From the NCBI GenBank assembly GCA_010093605.1, contig MU004182.1, positions 1-64,000 on the forward strand: DNA of 64,000 bases. Direction: 5' to 3'. A program made the translations under genes and the position numbers. The notes beneath the pieces were generated by a model. That model had not been told where the DNA came from. It saw only the letters and a list, made by a program, of their open reading frames with translations, and did not search any database. Position 1 is the stretch's first letter. Each line of letters begins with the position of its first letter. Source of the stretch: Lophium mytilinum. Lineage: Eukaryota. This document shows, in pieces, positions 37,614 to 50,119 of the stretch.

Positions 37614-38405
37614 CTACCCTACTGGTTTACGCGAAATGGTGAAGCAGGAGGCAGGGTCAATTGCTGTGCTCGCAACGCTGTTCTCAAATGAGCCATCCTC
37701 CCCCGTATCCAACGACTCGTCCTCCATCGGTTCCACAGATTGCTTATCCCCCGTCCTCAGCAGTCCCTCTTGTACGTCTCCCGCCAGCAACGCCCTCTTC
37801 TTCAATCCGACAAGTGAAAACTTTTGTCCCCTTTCCGTCGTGCTCGGCACTCCATGGCGAGTTTGCCACGGCCCAATTCCGCATCCCTCCAAGCCAATTC
37901 TCTGTAGCTGAAAGACACTCGAGTCCTCCCATTCGAGTCGCTGGTAGAGGCCCCTGCCTGACTTCTCTTGTACACGCACCGCAATAATCGAGAGACGTAG
38001 ATTGAGTAAAATGATCAAACTGCCGATTGCGAGCGTCAAGGCCAGTCCTAGAATGCTGAAGCTAGAGTAGGCCGTCGCGCGAATTTTGATGGAATTGCAC
38101 AGGGAAATCAGTTCGAGTGTATTGGGCTTGACGATGTATTCTAAAGCGCTGACGCCTGGTTGGACCTCCACGTCCCGCGGAGACGCGAACTCGACGACCC
38201 GACGCTGGAGGAGCGCGAGGGAGAGGTTATGGAAGTTCCACATTTCCTTTTGCCATTGATCGTCCGCGAGTGGAGCTGACAGGAAGCCTCGGTCCCATAT
38301 AAACTCGTTCGCGAGGAGAACTTCGTTCCGAAGGATGTTGATAGTATAGTCTACTTTCGTAGCCCAAACCGCTTTCCATAGGAGCTGTACCCACTGCTCA
38401 GCTGC
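37614..38405 (-). pseudogene. 3' fragment of a fungal membrane protein (5' end missing)
   Basis: DQWQKEM..., LCNSIKIR..YSSFSILGL TM segment, LEW....FQLQR..EG.G.GPW. No ATG; abuts an opposite-strand fragment. Confidence 0.7.
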
Positions 38406-38407
38406 AG

Positions 38408-38660
38408 CTCTCACCAGGCACCGTTGGCCCCGAGGCTGCCGCGATATTTTGTCCCGTGCTGGTTACGTTAGGCGAGCGAGATGTGCTCGCTGATCCAAAG
38501 GGCGAAGGACGGGCATATCAATCTGCGACATCAGTCGACCTCTTCATATGTCCGCGGATGGGTCATATGCACAACTTTTCCAGTACCCGGGAAGTTTTCT
38601 GGCGACGGATTGAAATCTGGGCAGACTGGGTTCGAGGATCAAGAAATCGACGGCGTAGCG
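38408..38660 (+). pseudogene. 3' fragment of an alpha/beta-hydrolase (catalytic Asp/His region)
   Basis: LSPGTVGPEAAAIFCPVLVTLGERDVLADP...CPRMGHMHNF...WRRIEIWADWV; nucleophile-Ser half absent. Confidence 0.75.
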
Positions 38661-38809
38661 TAGGATTGTCTCTATGCTTCCCTTGGAACTCTCAAAGACA
38701 CCGTACGACTTTGGTATTAAGCTTCGTAAAACTTCGATTCTTGAAAACACTCAATACAATGAAGGAATACAACTATCTACGGTGGGATTTGACCACACGA
38801 GTCTTGGGT

Positions 38810-40530
38810 CTAAGCCCTCGACGCAAGGAAACCCCATTTCTGTAGTTTTTGGAACGTGCCCGGTACATCGTACTTGGCACTTACTACCAGCATCGAGCCG
38901 AGATTGGCCGGACCATAGCTTTCGAGCACGTTTTGATCACGTGAAGCGGTGTTGGCGAAAATGAACTTATCATACAACCCCTTTGCCTGTGCTGCTGCCT
39001 TGATCGAGTCGGCGAGACCAAGCAGAGTCTTGTGTACTTTGGCGTCATCGGCTGAAATCGTCCATTGCGCAATCGGGTTCCACCAAGTCTGTGCTCTTGC
39101 AGAAGTGCCCATAACGTTTCCACCGTTGCGGATGGCGATTTGAGCTGATGCTGTTCCAAAAGTCTGAATTTGTAGCAGGAAAGAGGTCGTGGCGCTGCCG
39201 CCAGTCGTCGTAGCAGCGAGGTATTCGCGGTAAATGTCCATGTACAAGTCGGTGTCAGGGTATGTGGTTACGCCGACTGTGTCGCGGCTGGCTTCGGGCT
39301 GTGGTGCGCTTAGGAAGCTGATGAATTCCAGGGTAGTCCCATTAGTAGGAGGTTTAGTCTCCGTTGTCGGTGTCAAGGCCCGAAACGGCGCGAACACTTC
39401 AGGGTCGTCGGTATGCTGGCCGGAGACAAAGGCGACGGTGAAGCCAGCAGGCGAGCACGTCACCTCAATACCAGCTTTAGGATCTTTTTCCATTCTTTGC
39501 TGCACATTGACCAGTGCATCAAAGACAGCCCGGGGGTTTGAATTAGAGTAAGCCACGACGCGATACCAGATGTTGCGTGGCATAGCTGTCTTTAGCTCAA
39601 AACTCGTGACGATACCTGTGTACTTCGTCAGTGCGATTTTCTTGAGCACATCATGTAAGCTTCGGCGTACCAAAGTTCGTTAGCCCCCCTTTCAGGGCGC
39701 GGAAAAGATGCGAGTTTTGGGTTTGGCTTGCCTTGACAACCCATGGATAACATAAAAGAACAACCTGTACATCACAGTCAGCTGGTCTAAGGCTAGTGTT
39801 AGATGGGCCATACCTCTGCGCTCTGAATATTATCGGCCGCCAGCCCAGTGAGCGAATTGATGAGCGGATGTCCGCCTCCGAGGAGAAGGCCAGAAACACC
39901 AACATCTTTGTTGCGACCAGACGCAACGGCAACACCCTGTTCGTCAAGATAGCTTTGAACTGCACCAAAGCGAAGGCCAGCGCCGACAGTCGCATATGAT
40001 TTGTCGGCACTCAGGTGTAATGCTGTGAATCCTTGCATGTCGATAGTAACACCTTCAGCCCCAACCCCGGCGAAGCCTGGATTAGGATTGTGGCCACCGG
40101 AACGGACTGCAAACTTCGACTGCGCCAGGGTGATGATTAAGAGGGCCACAGCTATCTGGACTGAGTGAACGGGGGTGAGGAAGCAGGCGGCCGGTAAGTT
40201 ACAATTGCTCGACCAATTCTTCGTCTCGAGAACAGTGTAGGCAGATGCGTTTGTGGAGTCGGTATAGTAATCTGGCAGAATGGCTGCTAAGCATCGACAA
40301 GCAAGTTGTGATGGCGAGGTGGTTGGAGGGAGGCCTCGTTTGGTGATGGTGTTGTCGAGAAGCTGGCGAGAACTCTGAATGCGAGCGAACAAGGCTCTGA
40401 CAACAAGATCCGTCGAGGGGAAGATATTGATCATTTGTAACAATTGCTCGGACAAAGGGGCCTCCAGGGCTAACAAGAAATCGGCCGACATGGCGGTGAC
40501 AGCAGCGAGCAGCAGAGAGGTGAACCTCAT
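38810..40530 (-). CDS. secreted FAD-linked oxidoreductase (BBE-like/FAD_binding_4)
   Basis: Signal peptide MRFTSLLLAAVTA, FAVRSGGH, VGVSGLLLGGG, LFRALKGG..NFGIVTSF, KYD..GTFQKL. Introns 39813-39765 and 39670-39616. Confidence 0.92.
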
Positions 40531-40910
40531 GCTGAGACGAAAATGGTGGGAAGAAGAAGGATCCGCCCTTGCGTTATATATTACAAGGAAAGGACGTGCC
40601 ACTTACCATATGCTTTCCATGTGTGTGAAGGTTGACTGTAGCTGCCTCGCGAAATACGACTACTGGCGCTTCCTCACACTCAATCGAGCGCTGTTCAATC
40701 AAGCATGTCTGTACATGTAACGTCGGCCATTCCGATAGATTGTCTGACTCATCATACACTCGCTGTAGTAGCTGTCTCCCGCTCACGGCCACGACGCACA
40801 TGATCCACTCTCAGCCCACGCTTACAAGCATAGCTGCTTTTTCCCGTGTTCCCTGAGAGTAGCAAGAGTTCAACATGCTCATTCCATAAGCATGGTAGAA
40901 ATAAATTTAT

Positions 40911-42235
40911 CTACGACGCGCTCTCTAGCTCTTGCGCCCACTTTTCAGCCTCCTGGGCTAGGTCTGGCTCATACAGCCACCGAAGCTCCCCGCCATCACC
41001 TCTCGTCAGTGACTGGTCGCTCCAAAAGGCCCCAGGCGGGAGCTTAGCACGTTCTGCTTCTGGAAGGCGCTTTGCATTCATCTGCTTGGTAAGATCTAGA
41101 ACTTTATCGATCCTAGCCTGTCGATAAGACTGCCATCGTGCAGCAGCCTTGTCCAACGGCACCTTTTCGGACAGCTTCGAGAGGAGGGTGGCCAAGCTAC
41201 GGACATCCTCAAAAGCTTGATTTGCGCCCTGGCCAGCCGTTGGAGGAATGGCGTGTGCTGCGTCCCCAACCAGAATGATTCTCTTCGTTTCGGACAACCA
41301 CGATGCTAGAGGTGGGATGCCGTAGAAGGCCCAGAAATTCATGCGGTCGACAGGCGTGGCCTCCAAAGCCGACTGCACCACGTCCGGCCAGTCTTGCTTG
41401 TTCTCCTGAAGCATGTCGTATAGCTTTTGTTTGTCATTGCGCAGTTGTTCCCATCCGGCGTAGTCTAGTTCGGGAAACCGTCGCTGTGAGCCGATGAAAA
41501 GCTCAGATCCATCGGGTTTTTGTGGCACGAGCAGGAATGCACCCGCTTTTGCCATAACCGTTGCCGGCAGGTTATAGCCCTCTGGAATTCGAAGCTGCGA
41601 TCGCTCTACGACGCTGTTGATGCCCATGAATCCTGCATACATAGGCTTCACCTGAGGCAGACAGGTTTTTCGCACGGTTGAGTGGATTCCATCGGCGCCA
41701 ATGACAAGGGGAGCCGATGCAGTCTGGCCATTGTCGAACGCGAACTCGACCTGGTCTGGGCCATCCGCAGTGATGCTAATCAGCTTGCTGTTGAAAAGAA
41801 TGGGGATCTGACGCTCTTGTAGCATTGCCTTCATTTCGTCGAGAAGCTCTTTACGCATAATGCGGATGGCTGAATACCCGTACATTTTCGCCGAGCCGAA
41901 GTAATACTCGTCCGTGGTGCTGTCTTGGCCATCCTTGAAAGTGAGAACGTCGAAATGGAACGAGCGGTCGCGGATACGTTGATAGACACCGACACTATCT
42001 AACACGCGAAGGGCATTGGGAGACAACATAATGCCGCCGCCTTCGTTGTAGGCCTCGAGGCGGGATTCGTAGACAGTGGACCGAATGTGCAGGTCGTGCA
42101 GAGCGAGAGCGAGTGTGAGACCCTTTCGAGAAGCATCAGCAACAGTGCCTTGACAGCGATTTACCGCAGCTCCGTACGCACCGCAAGGCCGCCGCCAATG
42201 ATGGCGACGTGGGCGGGAGGTGCCGTGAGTGCCAT
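40911..42235 (-). CDS. FAD-dependent monooxygenase (aromatic hydroxylase family)
   Basis: VAIIGGGLAG, GADGIHSTVR, LVGDAAHAIPPTAGQGANQAFED; intron 42181-42123. Confidence 0.94.
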
Positions 42236-42947
42236 AGCTGCCCAGGTAGGTGTGGAGTGAGCTGGAAAGTGACCTCGGTAGATTGTGGCGTAGAATAAGA
42301 AGTTAGGCGAACTTAGAAATAAGGCGTAGCGAAGGATGCAAAAGAGCTACCGGTGGAGGAAAGACTAAACGGGGAAGGAGACGAAATGTGGAGAAAGACA
42401 AAGTGGGGAGTGAGCCCCTCGGCCACCATGTGTGGGAGTACAGCATATATAGTACACTTGGACTCTTGAAAAGGGTATAGGCTGCTAGCGTACTGCACAG
42501 CCTACTACCGTGTACCTAATCCGTGAGTGACACGCATCTCTTGGCGCGCTAGCTATCTTAAGCATACCGTTTCTGTAAGGTTATACAAACCCCCGTCTTG
42601 GTACGCTAGGGAATGTCCTAAGCCTCTTGGTGTGCTAGTGGCCCGGAGTTGCTTTGTCAGGCGCCAACGGGTGTGGGGGCCAAACACCATTGTAGGTAGG
42701 TAAGGCTAAATTAGGGAGCCAGAAGCCAGGGCATGTAGCCTCAACTAGTAAGGTGCACCTGCAGGATCTTTTACGTGTCAGCTTACCGATACAAAGACAT
42801 CGAGCTGAAACGTAGGCCGGTCATCCCTTAATGGCTTGGCTAGGTCTAAGCGATCAAACAGCGTGCCGAGCGATCTTTTTCACTATCGCCAAGCATGTGG
42901 ATGTGATACAATACGGTAAATACAACACGTAGAAGTCCCATGAACCA

Positions 42948-44012
42948 GTTCAGCGCGTACGGAATCTTTATTCTCTCTATTTTTATTCCCGCGGTGGTGT
43001 GGGTTTCCCGCTACTTCGATTACGTCCTTCGGAACGGGACTTGACACATAAAGTAAGTCTTTAGTGATACCTACTTCACAATACTCATTGGAGTCCCAGT
43101 CCTTCATCGCAGCATGGATTATCCAAGTCTGGGGCACCACATTCGTGCGACTCTCCATCCTGGACTTCTTCGCCCAGGTCTTTCGCGTATCAAGATTCGC
43201 CCTACTTGTCTACATTGTCGAAGGTCTCGCTATCGCCTACCTAGTTGGATATACTATCACTTTCTTTGCCATCTGTAGGCCCATGCGATATAACTGGGAA
43301 TTAAGCCCACAGATAGCGCAGCACTGCGGCAGCCTCGACCTCAAGTTTCTACTCAGTTCTATTTTCAATCTCACACTTGACTGCCTCATCCTTGTCCTGC
43401 CTCTACCTATGCTTTAGACGTTGAAGTTGGATACGCGGAAGAAGGCCGCGGTTACCTTCGTCTTTGGCCTGGGTATCTTGTCAGTATACAAGTCAGCTGC
43501 GCACTAGTGTCTGTCTAATCATCTCCTAGTGTATGCTTTGGCTCCGCATGGCGTACGTACAACGTTGTCAAATTCCAAAAGCCAGAGCCGGAGGCGAACT
43601 TTACCGTCACCGTCATCGAGGGCGCTTTATGGTCCGGACTCGAGATTACCCTCGGCATCATCAACGCCTGCATGCCTGTCATGCAACCCGCGCTCCAGAA
43701 GATTTTCGGATCCTTACTATTCCTCAAATTGATATCTCTTACCACCAGAGGTACACGGCACGGCTCAGCGATGTCTTCGAAGGTGCCCACTCCAGATCAC
43801 AGTGGTGCCGTAGGGGCTCCAGCAGGCGGCTTTCACCACGGACCTTCGTGGCGAAAGATCGATGACAGTCAGAGGTCACTCGGCGCAAGTACAAAATCAA
43901 AGCCAGGCATTACGCAGCTATTTACGATTGATATTGAGTCAGAGTCTGTGGACGGGATTCTTATGGACGAGATACCAGGCACGGCTACGTGGACGACTGA
44001 ATCCAAGCCTTA
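42948..44012 (+). pseudogene. PTH11/rhodopsin-like integral membrane protein, disrupted
   Basis: VRLSIL..., ICRP.RYNW, D..ILVLPLPML*TLKL..RKK, WS.LE...GII.ACMP. TAG at 43415-43417 replaces the usual Trp; frameshift near 42990; 5' TMs not found. Confidence 0.85.
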
Positions 44013-44441
44013 GCTCGGATGCTCAAGTGATATTATTGTCATTTGACCTACAAAATATCCTGCATATCCCAAAAGCAATGTTTGAACAAGTGCAATTCGT
44101 TGTCCGTGCGTCAGGTCGGGAGTGGCGAGGATGAGACTTTCCTTCTTGTAATTATTGTGAAAGCCTAGAATATCAAATGAATGCTCTAGTAAAAAGTCGT
44201 GGTCAAGTTCAAAGTCGATGAAGCTATGTAGAATGACACGGCTTCTGATGATATTGAATTAGCGAACTTGGCCGACCAGAACGTCAACTGTCCCTGCTTT
44301 GGAAGCCATCTAGAGCCATTTTGGAAAATGTTTAGGAGGCCACAGAGCCCGATGGCGCCACCAAAACTATGAATAGAATATACAACTTCTCAAACAAGGC
44401 TTGGCTGCATCCTAGCGAACAGTTGAGGCTTCGTTTTGAGG

Positions 44442-46785
44442 TCACTCGACCAAAGAGAAGGGATATTCCCATATATCAATCTCGGGCGCAGTATTCCACC
44501 ACTCTGCGATAAAGAGACCTTCGTTAACATTATGCACAAGAGAATCCTCAAATGACACTGTATGATACCCTAAATCGGGGGGCTGTGAAAAAGCACTTTC
44601 CGTAACGGCTCTTGTCTGAGAAGCAATTTGCTGCCCTGGAAGCGTTCGAGAAGGCCCTAGGCCATTCTCGAGCCAATCTACGTCTTGGCTGGGCTGGCGT
44701 TCGGAGAGAGAGGTGGCATGTGGAGCTCGGAGGGGCGGTACGACCGGACCCGAGTTGTTGGATGCGCTTGTGGTGTCCCGATGGTCTTCGAAGGAGTGAC
44801 CAGGGGGGCGTGTGTTACAGGAATAAGCAGGCGACGTGACTGAGTCTGCGTCACTGGATTGGTTGGTGTTGGTTGCTATGTTAAGCTTGGTTGCCTTCTC
44901 TGTGTCAGCTGAGGCTCATGCATAGATAGGCGGCCAGCTTGGATCATGGGGTCGTAACAAGACATACTAATCTGCGCAATGGTTTCCAGTAGATGCTCAG
45001 CACCTCCAACACCGTTTGGATAGTCTTCATTTCTTCTGACTTTGGCCCAGGAATTTGCGCTGATTTTGAGGTAGATCTGGCTGATCGCATCATACTCTTA
45101 TACGCCTACAGTTATGGAATCTTAGTACGTAAGAATAAGGCAAAAGCTCTGAAACGGGTGTTGTAGAACTTGAACCGCTACATACGTACCACAAACACGC
45201 TCCCCGCAACGAAAGCTCCCCATCCACTGACGACCCATAACTTTGTTATATCTAGATCTTGGGCCAAAAACTGTTGCAGGAGCTCCGCAAACCCAATTGC
45301 CTGCCGGAAAACTATTTCGGCGTTCTTACAAACTGATTCTTTCGAAGTTGACGATTCTACAGGATGATCCGAGAGGACCGGAACCATGGCGGCGTGCAGG
45401 GTGAGTCGACTCAGGTAATACATGGAGCAGACCGATGTAAGAAGCTCAGGGCTCTCATCGTAGAAGTCTGCTCGCGAGCAGATATCTGTGAGGGGTAGAC
45501 CAATAGAGCGTTTGATAGGATCGAAGAGCTCCACCAGTCTGTTGAGTTTATTTGTTCGTTGAAGGTCTGAGCACATCTGGGAGTCGGAGATGAAAGCCTG
45601 GACTTTAGTCCTGTGTAGCGCAGTTTTAGCTGGCATTTCCATTATAGGCGCTCTCACATCTCAAGAGATAGTAAGGCTGGATTTATGAACATACCAAATG
45701 CCCAAAAGTTTGACCAATTCTCCCATCAATGAACACGACGAAGACCTAGCCGTCTCGTGGTTTGGTAAAGAGTCAGTGCTTAGTTTCCAGTCGACGTCCA
45801 TCTTCTGGTTCAGTTTGAGCTCTACTCCTTGCAGTGACCCTCCTGGCGCGATTTTTGCCGGTAGAGGCAAGCCGGTGACTCTCTCACATGCCCTAGAGGA
45901 GTCTAACTGATCACTACCGATACAGAAGCTGCACCAAGCCCCCCAAAAGTTTCGTCTTCTCATCTCGCGATCGAACTGCAAACCGCTGTTCGTTGAAGGA
46001 GAAGCAATATCCTCGTGCAACCGATCATAGCCGAGGAGCTGAAGCATTCGATAGGCTAGAGATGCGTGAACGGCGGCACGTTGAATCTCTCCCTGCGAGA
46101 AGTAGTATAGTTGCAAAACCTGAAGAGCTTGTGCCCTTAGGACCGTCGGTTCGTCGGCAAGGGAGAGGACTTCTCGACTTGCGGAACGCGCCCATTCCCA
46201 AGACTTTTCGAAAAGCGAATGCACTGGAATTATCTTGAGGTATTGCTTGTGTGGCGAGTCAACCTGCTGCAAAAAGATTGCTGCGTGTGCAAAGATGGCG
46301 CGGAGGAGGTAGCCTGGTATGCGATCCTCCATGTACAGTTGAAAAGCTATACTTTTGTGGAATAACAAGGTAGAGTTATAGATTCGCTTGAAGTACACTT
46401 CCCAAAGTAGTAATCCGAACTCCGTGGAAGGCAATTCGGCGGCTTCGGTCTCTTCAGAGTTGGCAATATGGTGCTCTTCGTCATCATGACTGATGCGCGG
46501 CCTCTTTGCGGCTGGCGGAGCCGCAGATGGGTAGACATGCTCTACGCCATTCAGCAGCGATGCCCTTGCCTGACTCCTCTTTTGCGCAATGCGCTTCCTG
46601 TCTGGTGGTGACGGGTAGCTACATACAGCTCTCTGTTTGCGACAACGCACACATGATGGAAGCTGGCGATTGCATTTTAGCTTCTGGTCTCGACATCGTA
46701 GGCATGCAACAGTTGGGTTCGACGAGGCATTTTGGGACTGCTGTGGCGCTGTGGGGCCGATCCCCATATGATCATGCACTTCCAT
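44442..46785 (-). CDS. Zn(II)2Cys6 transcription factor with fungal TF middle domain
   Basis: ACLRCRDQKLKCNRQLPSCVRCRKQRAVCSYP, REMRRRNFW. Introns 45694-45611, 45189-45106, 44967-44895; acidic/aromatic C-terminus ...EWWNTAPEIDIWEYPFSLVE. Confidence 0.9.
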
Positions 46786-47763
46786 CCTTGCCGCATAGTC
46801 GATCGGAGGCAGAAGCGAGTTTGGCGAGAGGAACAAGACCGAAAAGATAGTAGTTGAGCTGAATGTGGAAATTTAAGCCACCAATATGATAGATATCCTA
46901 GACAATATCAGCCGGCAAGAGCACGCCGCATTGAACCATGATGCACAGAAGATCACCCACTACTCCAAAGTTCTCTTAGCGCTTATTGAAAGTAATTGTG
47001 CAAACAAGAGGATAGATTGAGACAAGAGAAGGGATAGGATGATTAATTGGAAAGACGACTTTGTGGATGCGGAATCGCGCAGAGTTAGAATAATTCCCTA
47101 AAAAGTGCTGAACAGTTGCGATTCGCTATACTTTCCTGGGGTATCGTGGATGACCTAGGCCACGGAAAGAGGATTATTGTCTGAACAGTCGAGGTGGCAG
47201 GTTGAGCTATTCGGAGCGATCGGAGTTTTCGGAGAGAGAAACGGAAATCATTATTCAGCATGGCTTGAAAATCTGCTTGCTTAAATACGTACTAGCTTAC
47301 TATGGCTAGCTTAGACGTAACAAAATCCATCAAAAGTATCCTACCACTCATTAGGACTAGCTCCATTACCACAAAGTAATACCCTGCTGTCGCTGTAACA
47401 CTTTCCGTCTTACTTCATAGGCAGTTACACAGGTGACCCTAGACTCGGGCCCGTAGGCAAAAGCCTTCGATGCCTTTATTCCCATTGCAAGTTGTAGAAT
47501 AAACGAAAAGAAGATCCCAGCACGACGCTAATACGAGAGCTAGAAACCATCGTCTCCTCCGCACGCATACTTGCCCTCAGCCTTCACGATCCTCCACCTA
47601 AGCCTCCGCCCAATATTGGTACCAGGTACTTTTCAACGTTCGATTTTTCCGGGTCATCACGTTTGGCCCATGCGACTGAAGCGGTTTGCCGTCCACTGCG
47701 TTCAGAGCTTGTCTTTCCGAGTTGCTGCAGTTCTACTCTCTAGTCGGCTTCTAAACTGCAGTT

Positions 47764-48807
47764 TCAACAATATGCGCGTCTCATACCTTCTCGGAGCATC
47801 TCGCGACCAGGCCAACTATCTGTCACCGCGCTTTCAAGTCCGTTAGTTTCGCGAATCACGTGCGTTTTCTTGACCTTTCCGCACTCAAGTTTAACACGCA
47901 CCTTCCCTTCAACCGGCATCTCTGACAGATTATCGAGAATATAAGAGAGATCCCTCGTAACAATTGCCCATGGATTCTTCTTCACGAACACGATCACTAC
48001 CTCCTCCAAGCTTACATTTCTGCCTCCACCCCCATTTCTCGTCACTCCACTCATTTCTTTGGGCATCCACAGCCTCTTCACACACTCATCATCCAATTCC
48101 CTTCCCATCAAGAGCTCAACATACGCGTTCAAGCACTTCTTGACCGCCTCTCCTTCTTCCCTCTCCATCGTTGTCTGTACCGCGCTCTCCAGCTCACTGG
48201 CCGCTCTTTTCTGCCCCTCAAACGACCGCACTAGTATCACAACAAGCAACTTCCACAAACTTTTCAAGATGGACTTAATTTCCTTCGGTGGGCCATCGAA
48301 CTTCCCGTTCCAACTGTGCGGGAGCCAGAAATGCGCCGTGCTGCCGCCGCCTGTGAAGCATACTTGGAACGTTGCATTGGCGAAGAGAACAGCCTGGGCT
48401 TCGCGCCTTAGAGAACGATTTGCTAAGACAAGCGACGGAGGAGTTTTGTGCGCGAGATGTGATGTGCTTAGTGTTCGAAGAGGTAAATAAGGGAAGTTGA
48501 GGGAGAGCGTGGTTGGGAGTTCAAGGGCGTAGCGGAGAAATTTGGCTCGTACACTGATCGGGAGCCGCGACAAATGTGAGTCGCCATTTGGAGAATCCGT
48601 GAGTACTTGATTGGTCTTTGGAGCCTTAACTCTCTGCTTTGAAGTTGGGAACAGGTTCTTGGAGAACCTAGACAAGGAATGTTTCTTTGCTAGGTCAGCT
48701 ATGAGGCCAGAGGGTTTAGTCGATACTTCAACCGCTGCGTCGCGGTTCAAATGGCGAGTGCGCTTGGGTCTCTTCTAGGCGATATCTCCGATTGGACCAA
48801 GTGACAT
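47764..48807 (-). pseudogene. hypothetical protein with F-box-like LPxxVR motif; in-frame TAG at codon 11
   Basis: ATG 48807 MSLGPIGDIA*KRPKR... continues in frame into the 328-aa ORF containing SHLSRLPISVRAKFLRYAL and NRSLRREA. Confidence 0.6.
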
Positions 48808-50119
48808 CTTGGTTGGTTCAAATCAAGTCTTCGGTGAGTGGTGGAGTGTTGAAAGTGTCTTTCTGGACGGTTGTTGCAACCTGAAAGACGGCTAAGTTTA
48901 TATCTTACAGCTACTCCACGAGGGCCCTGTAGTTCCCCAGACTGCGCCTCCGCGATCCTGACAGTTGAATCAAAGCAATGACCAGAACCTGCGTCTTAGG
49001 TGTCACAAGTGTGGCAGTGCAGACTTACATGGAAGAACCATATGAATTTCCAAGCCGAAGCTTTTATATCTCTCCAACCATATCATTCCCCTCGCGAATT
49101 CGGACAAACAGGTGAAGGACTAGTATGCTCCAAAACCTTCGCTGTCATTGCCTCGGATGGTACATAGGTATTTACTAGGCGGTGAAATTGCGTCGACACA
49201 GCCACAATCGCTGATCCTCGAGGCTTCCTGGCCCCTACGCTCAGCCATCGACATCGAGAAAAGTAACGGGGCATTTTCTACTTCAGTCAGCTTCTTCAAA
49301 TTGTCACTTTGCGGATATAGCCATGGTATATCGAACACTCGCGAGGTTGGTGCTCATCCGCTGCTGCACATCCTCCGAAGATCCGCGCGCAGATCATTAT
49401 TGGGTCTTTCCCAAGACGTATGCGAGCATTATTCGATCCACTAAAACTTATAGAGTGAAATCGATCTCGGCCAGTGGATACGGTGCGATAATTTGTAGAG
49501 AAACATTCGCCGTTCGAGGCTCCTTCTTATCTCTCGTGCTAGGCTAGTTCTACAAGTATTTCGGAGATCAGCGGGCGCAACATCACGCAACCTGAACATG
49601 CAATCCTAGGGCAAAGCTGCGGCATACCACAATTCCCGAAGGCATAACGTCCGAAGCATATGCAACGCGCCGGAGGTTCCGAGTACAATCCCCGGGAGAA
49701 CCTCCCATTATCGAGTCTCATGACCACGAACGAATTGACACGCCATGAAGGTATAACTAACACCCCGAAAATCAATTCTCGCCAGCCAATCAAACGTTCA
49801 CGGCCCGAGCACCCGTCGTCTGGGTCAATCCCGCAGTTCTACCGTGGTGGAGCCGTAGGATTCGGACGCTAATCACTCCGCATCTGGCTGTTCTACAGCT
49901 GGGGTATGCGGCATGCAGCATGGCGTCCCCACGTTGTTCCGAGCTTCTACCGTGATCTCGATAGGACGGTAGGAGGATTATAAAAGTAAGGGAGATCTTA
50001 CCTCTAGATGTAAAGTTCCGAAGATTGATTTTCTTACTTTTGTCCCCAATTTAAACGATTCCTATCGCGTGATTACTACATCTGCACGTTATACGTCTAC
50101 TCTCTCCATATCCGCTGCA

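Noticed and set aside
49083..49870. Short ORFs upstream of the GH3 gene
   Set aside because: No motifs or splice model; likely intergenic or a very old remnant.
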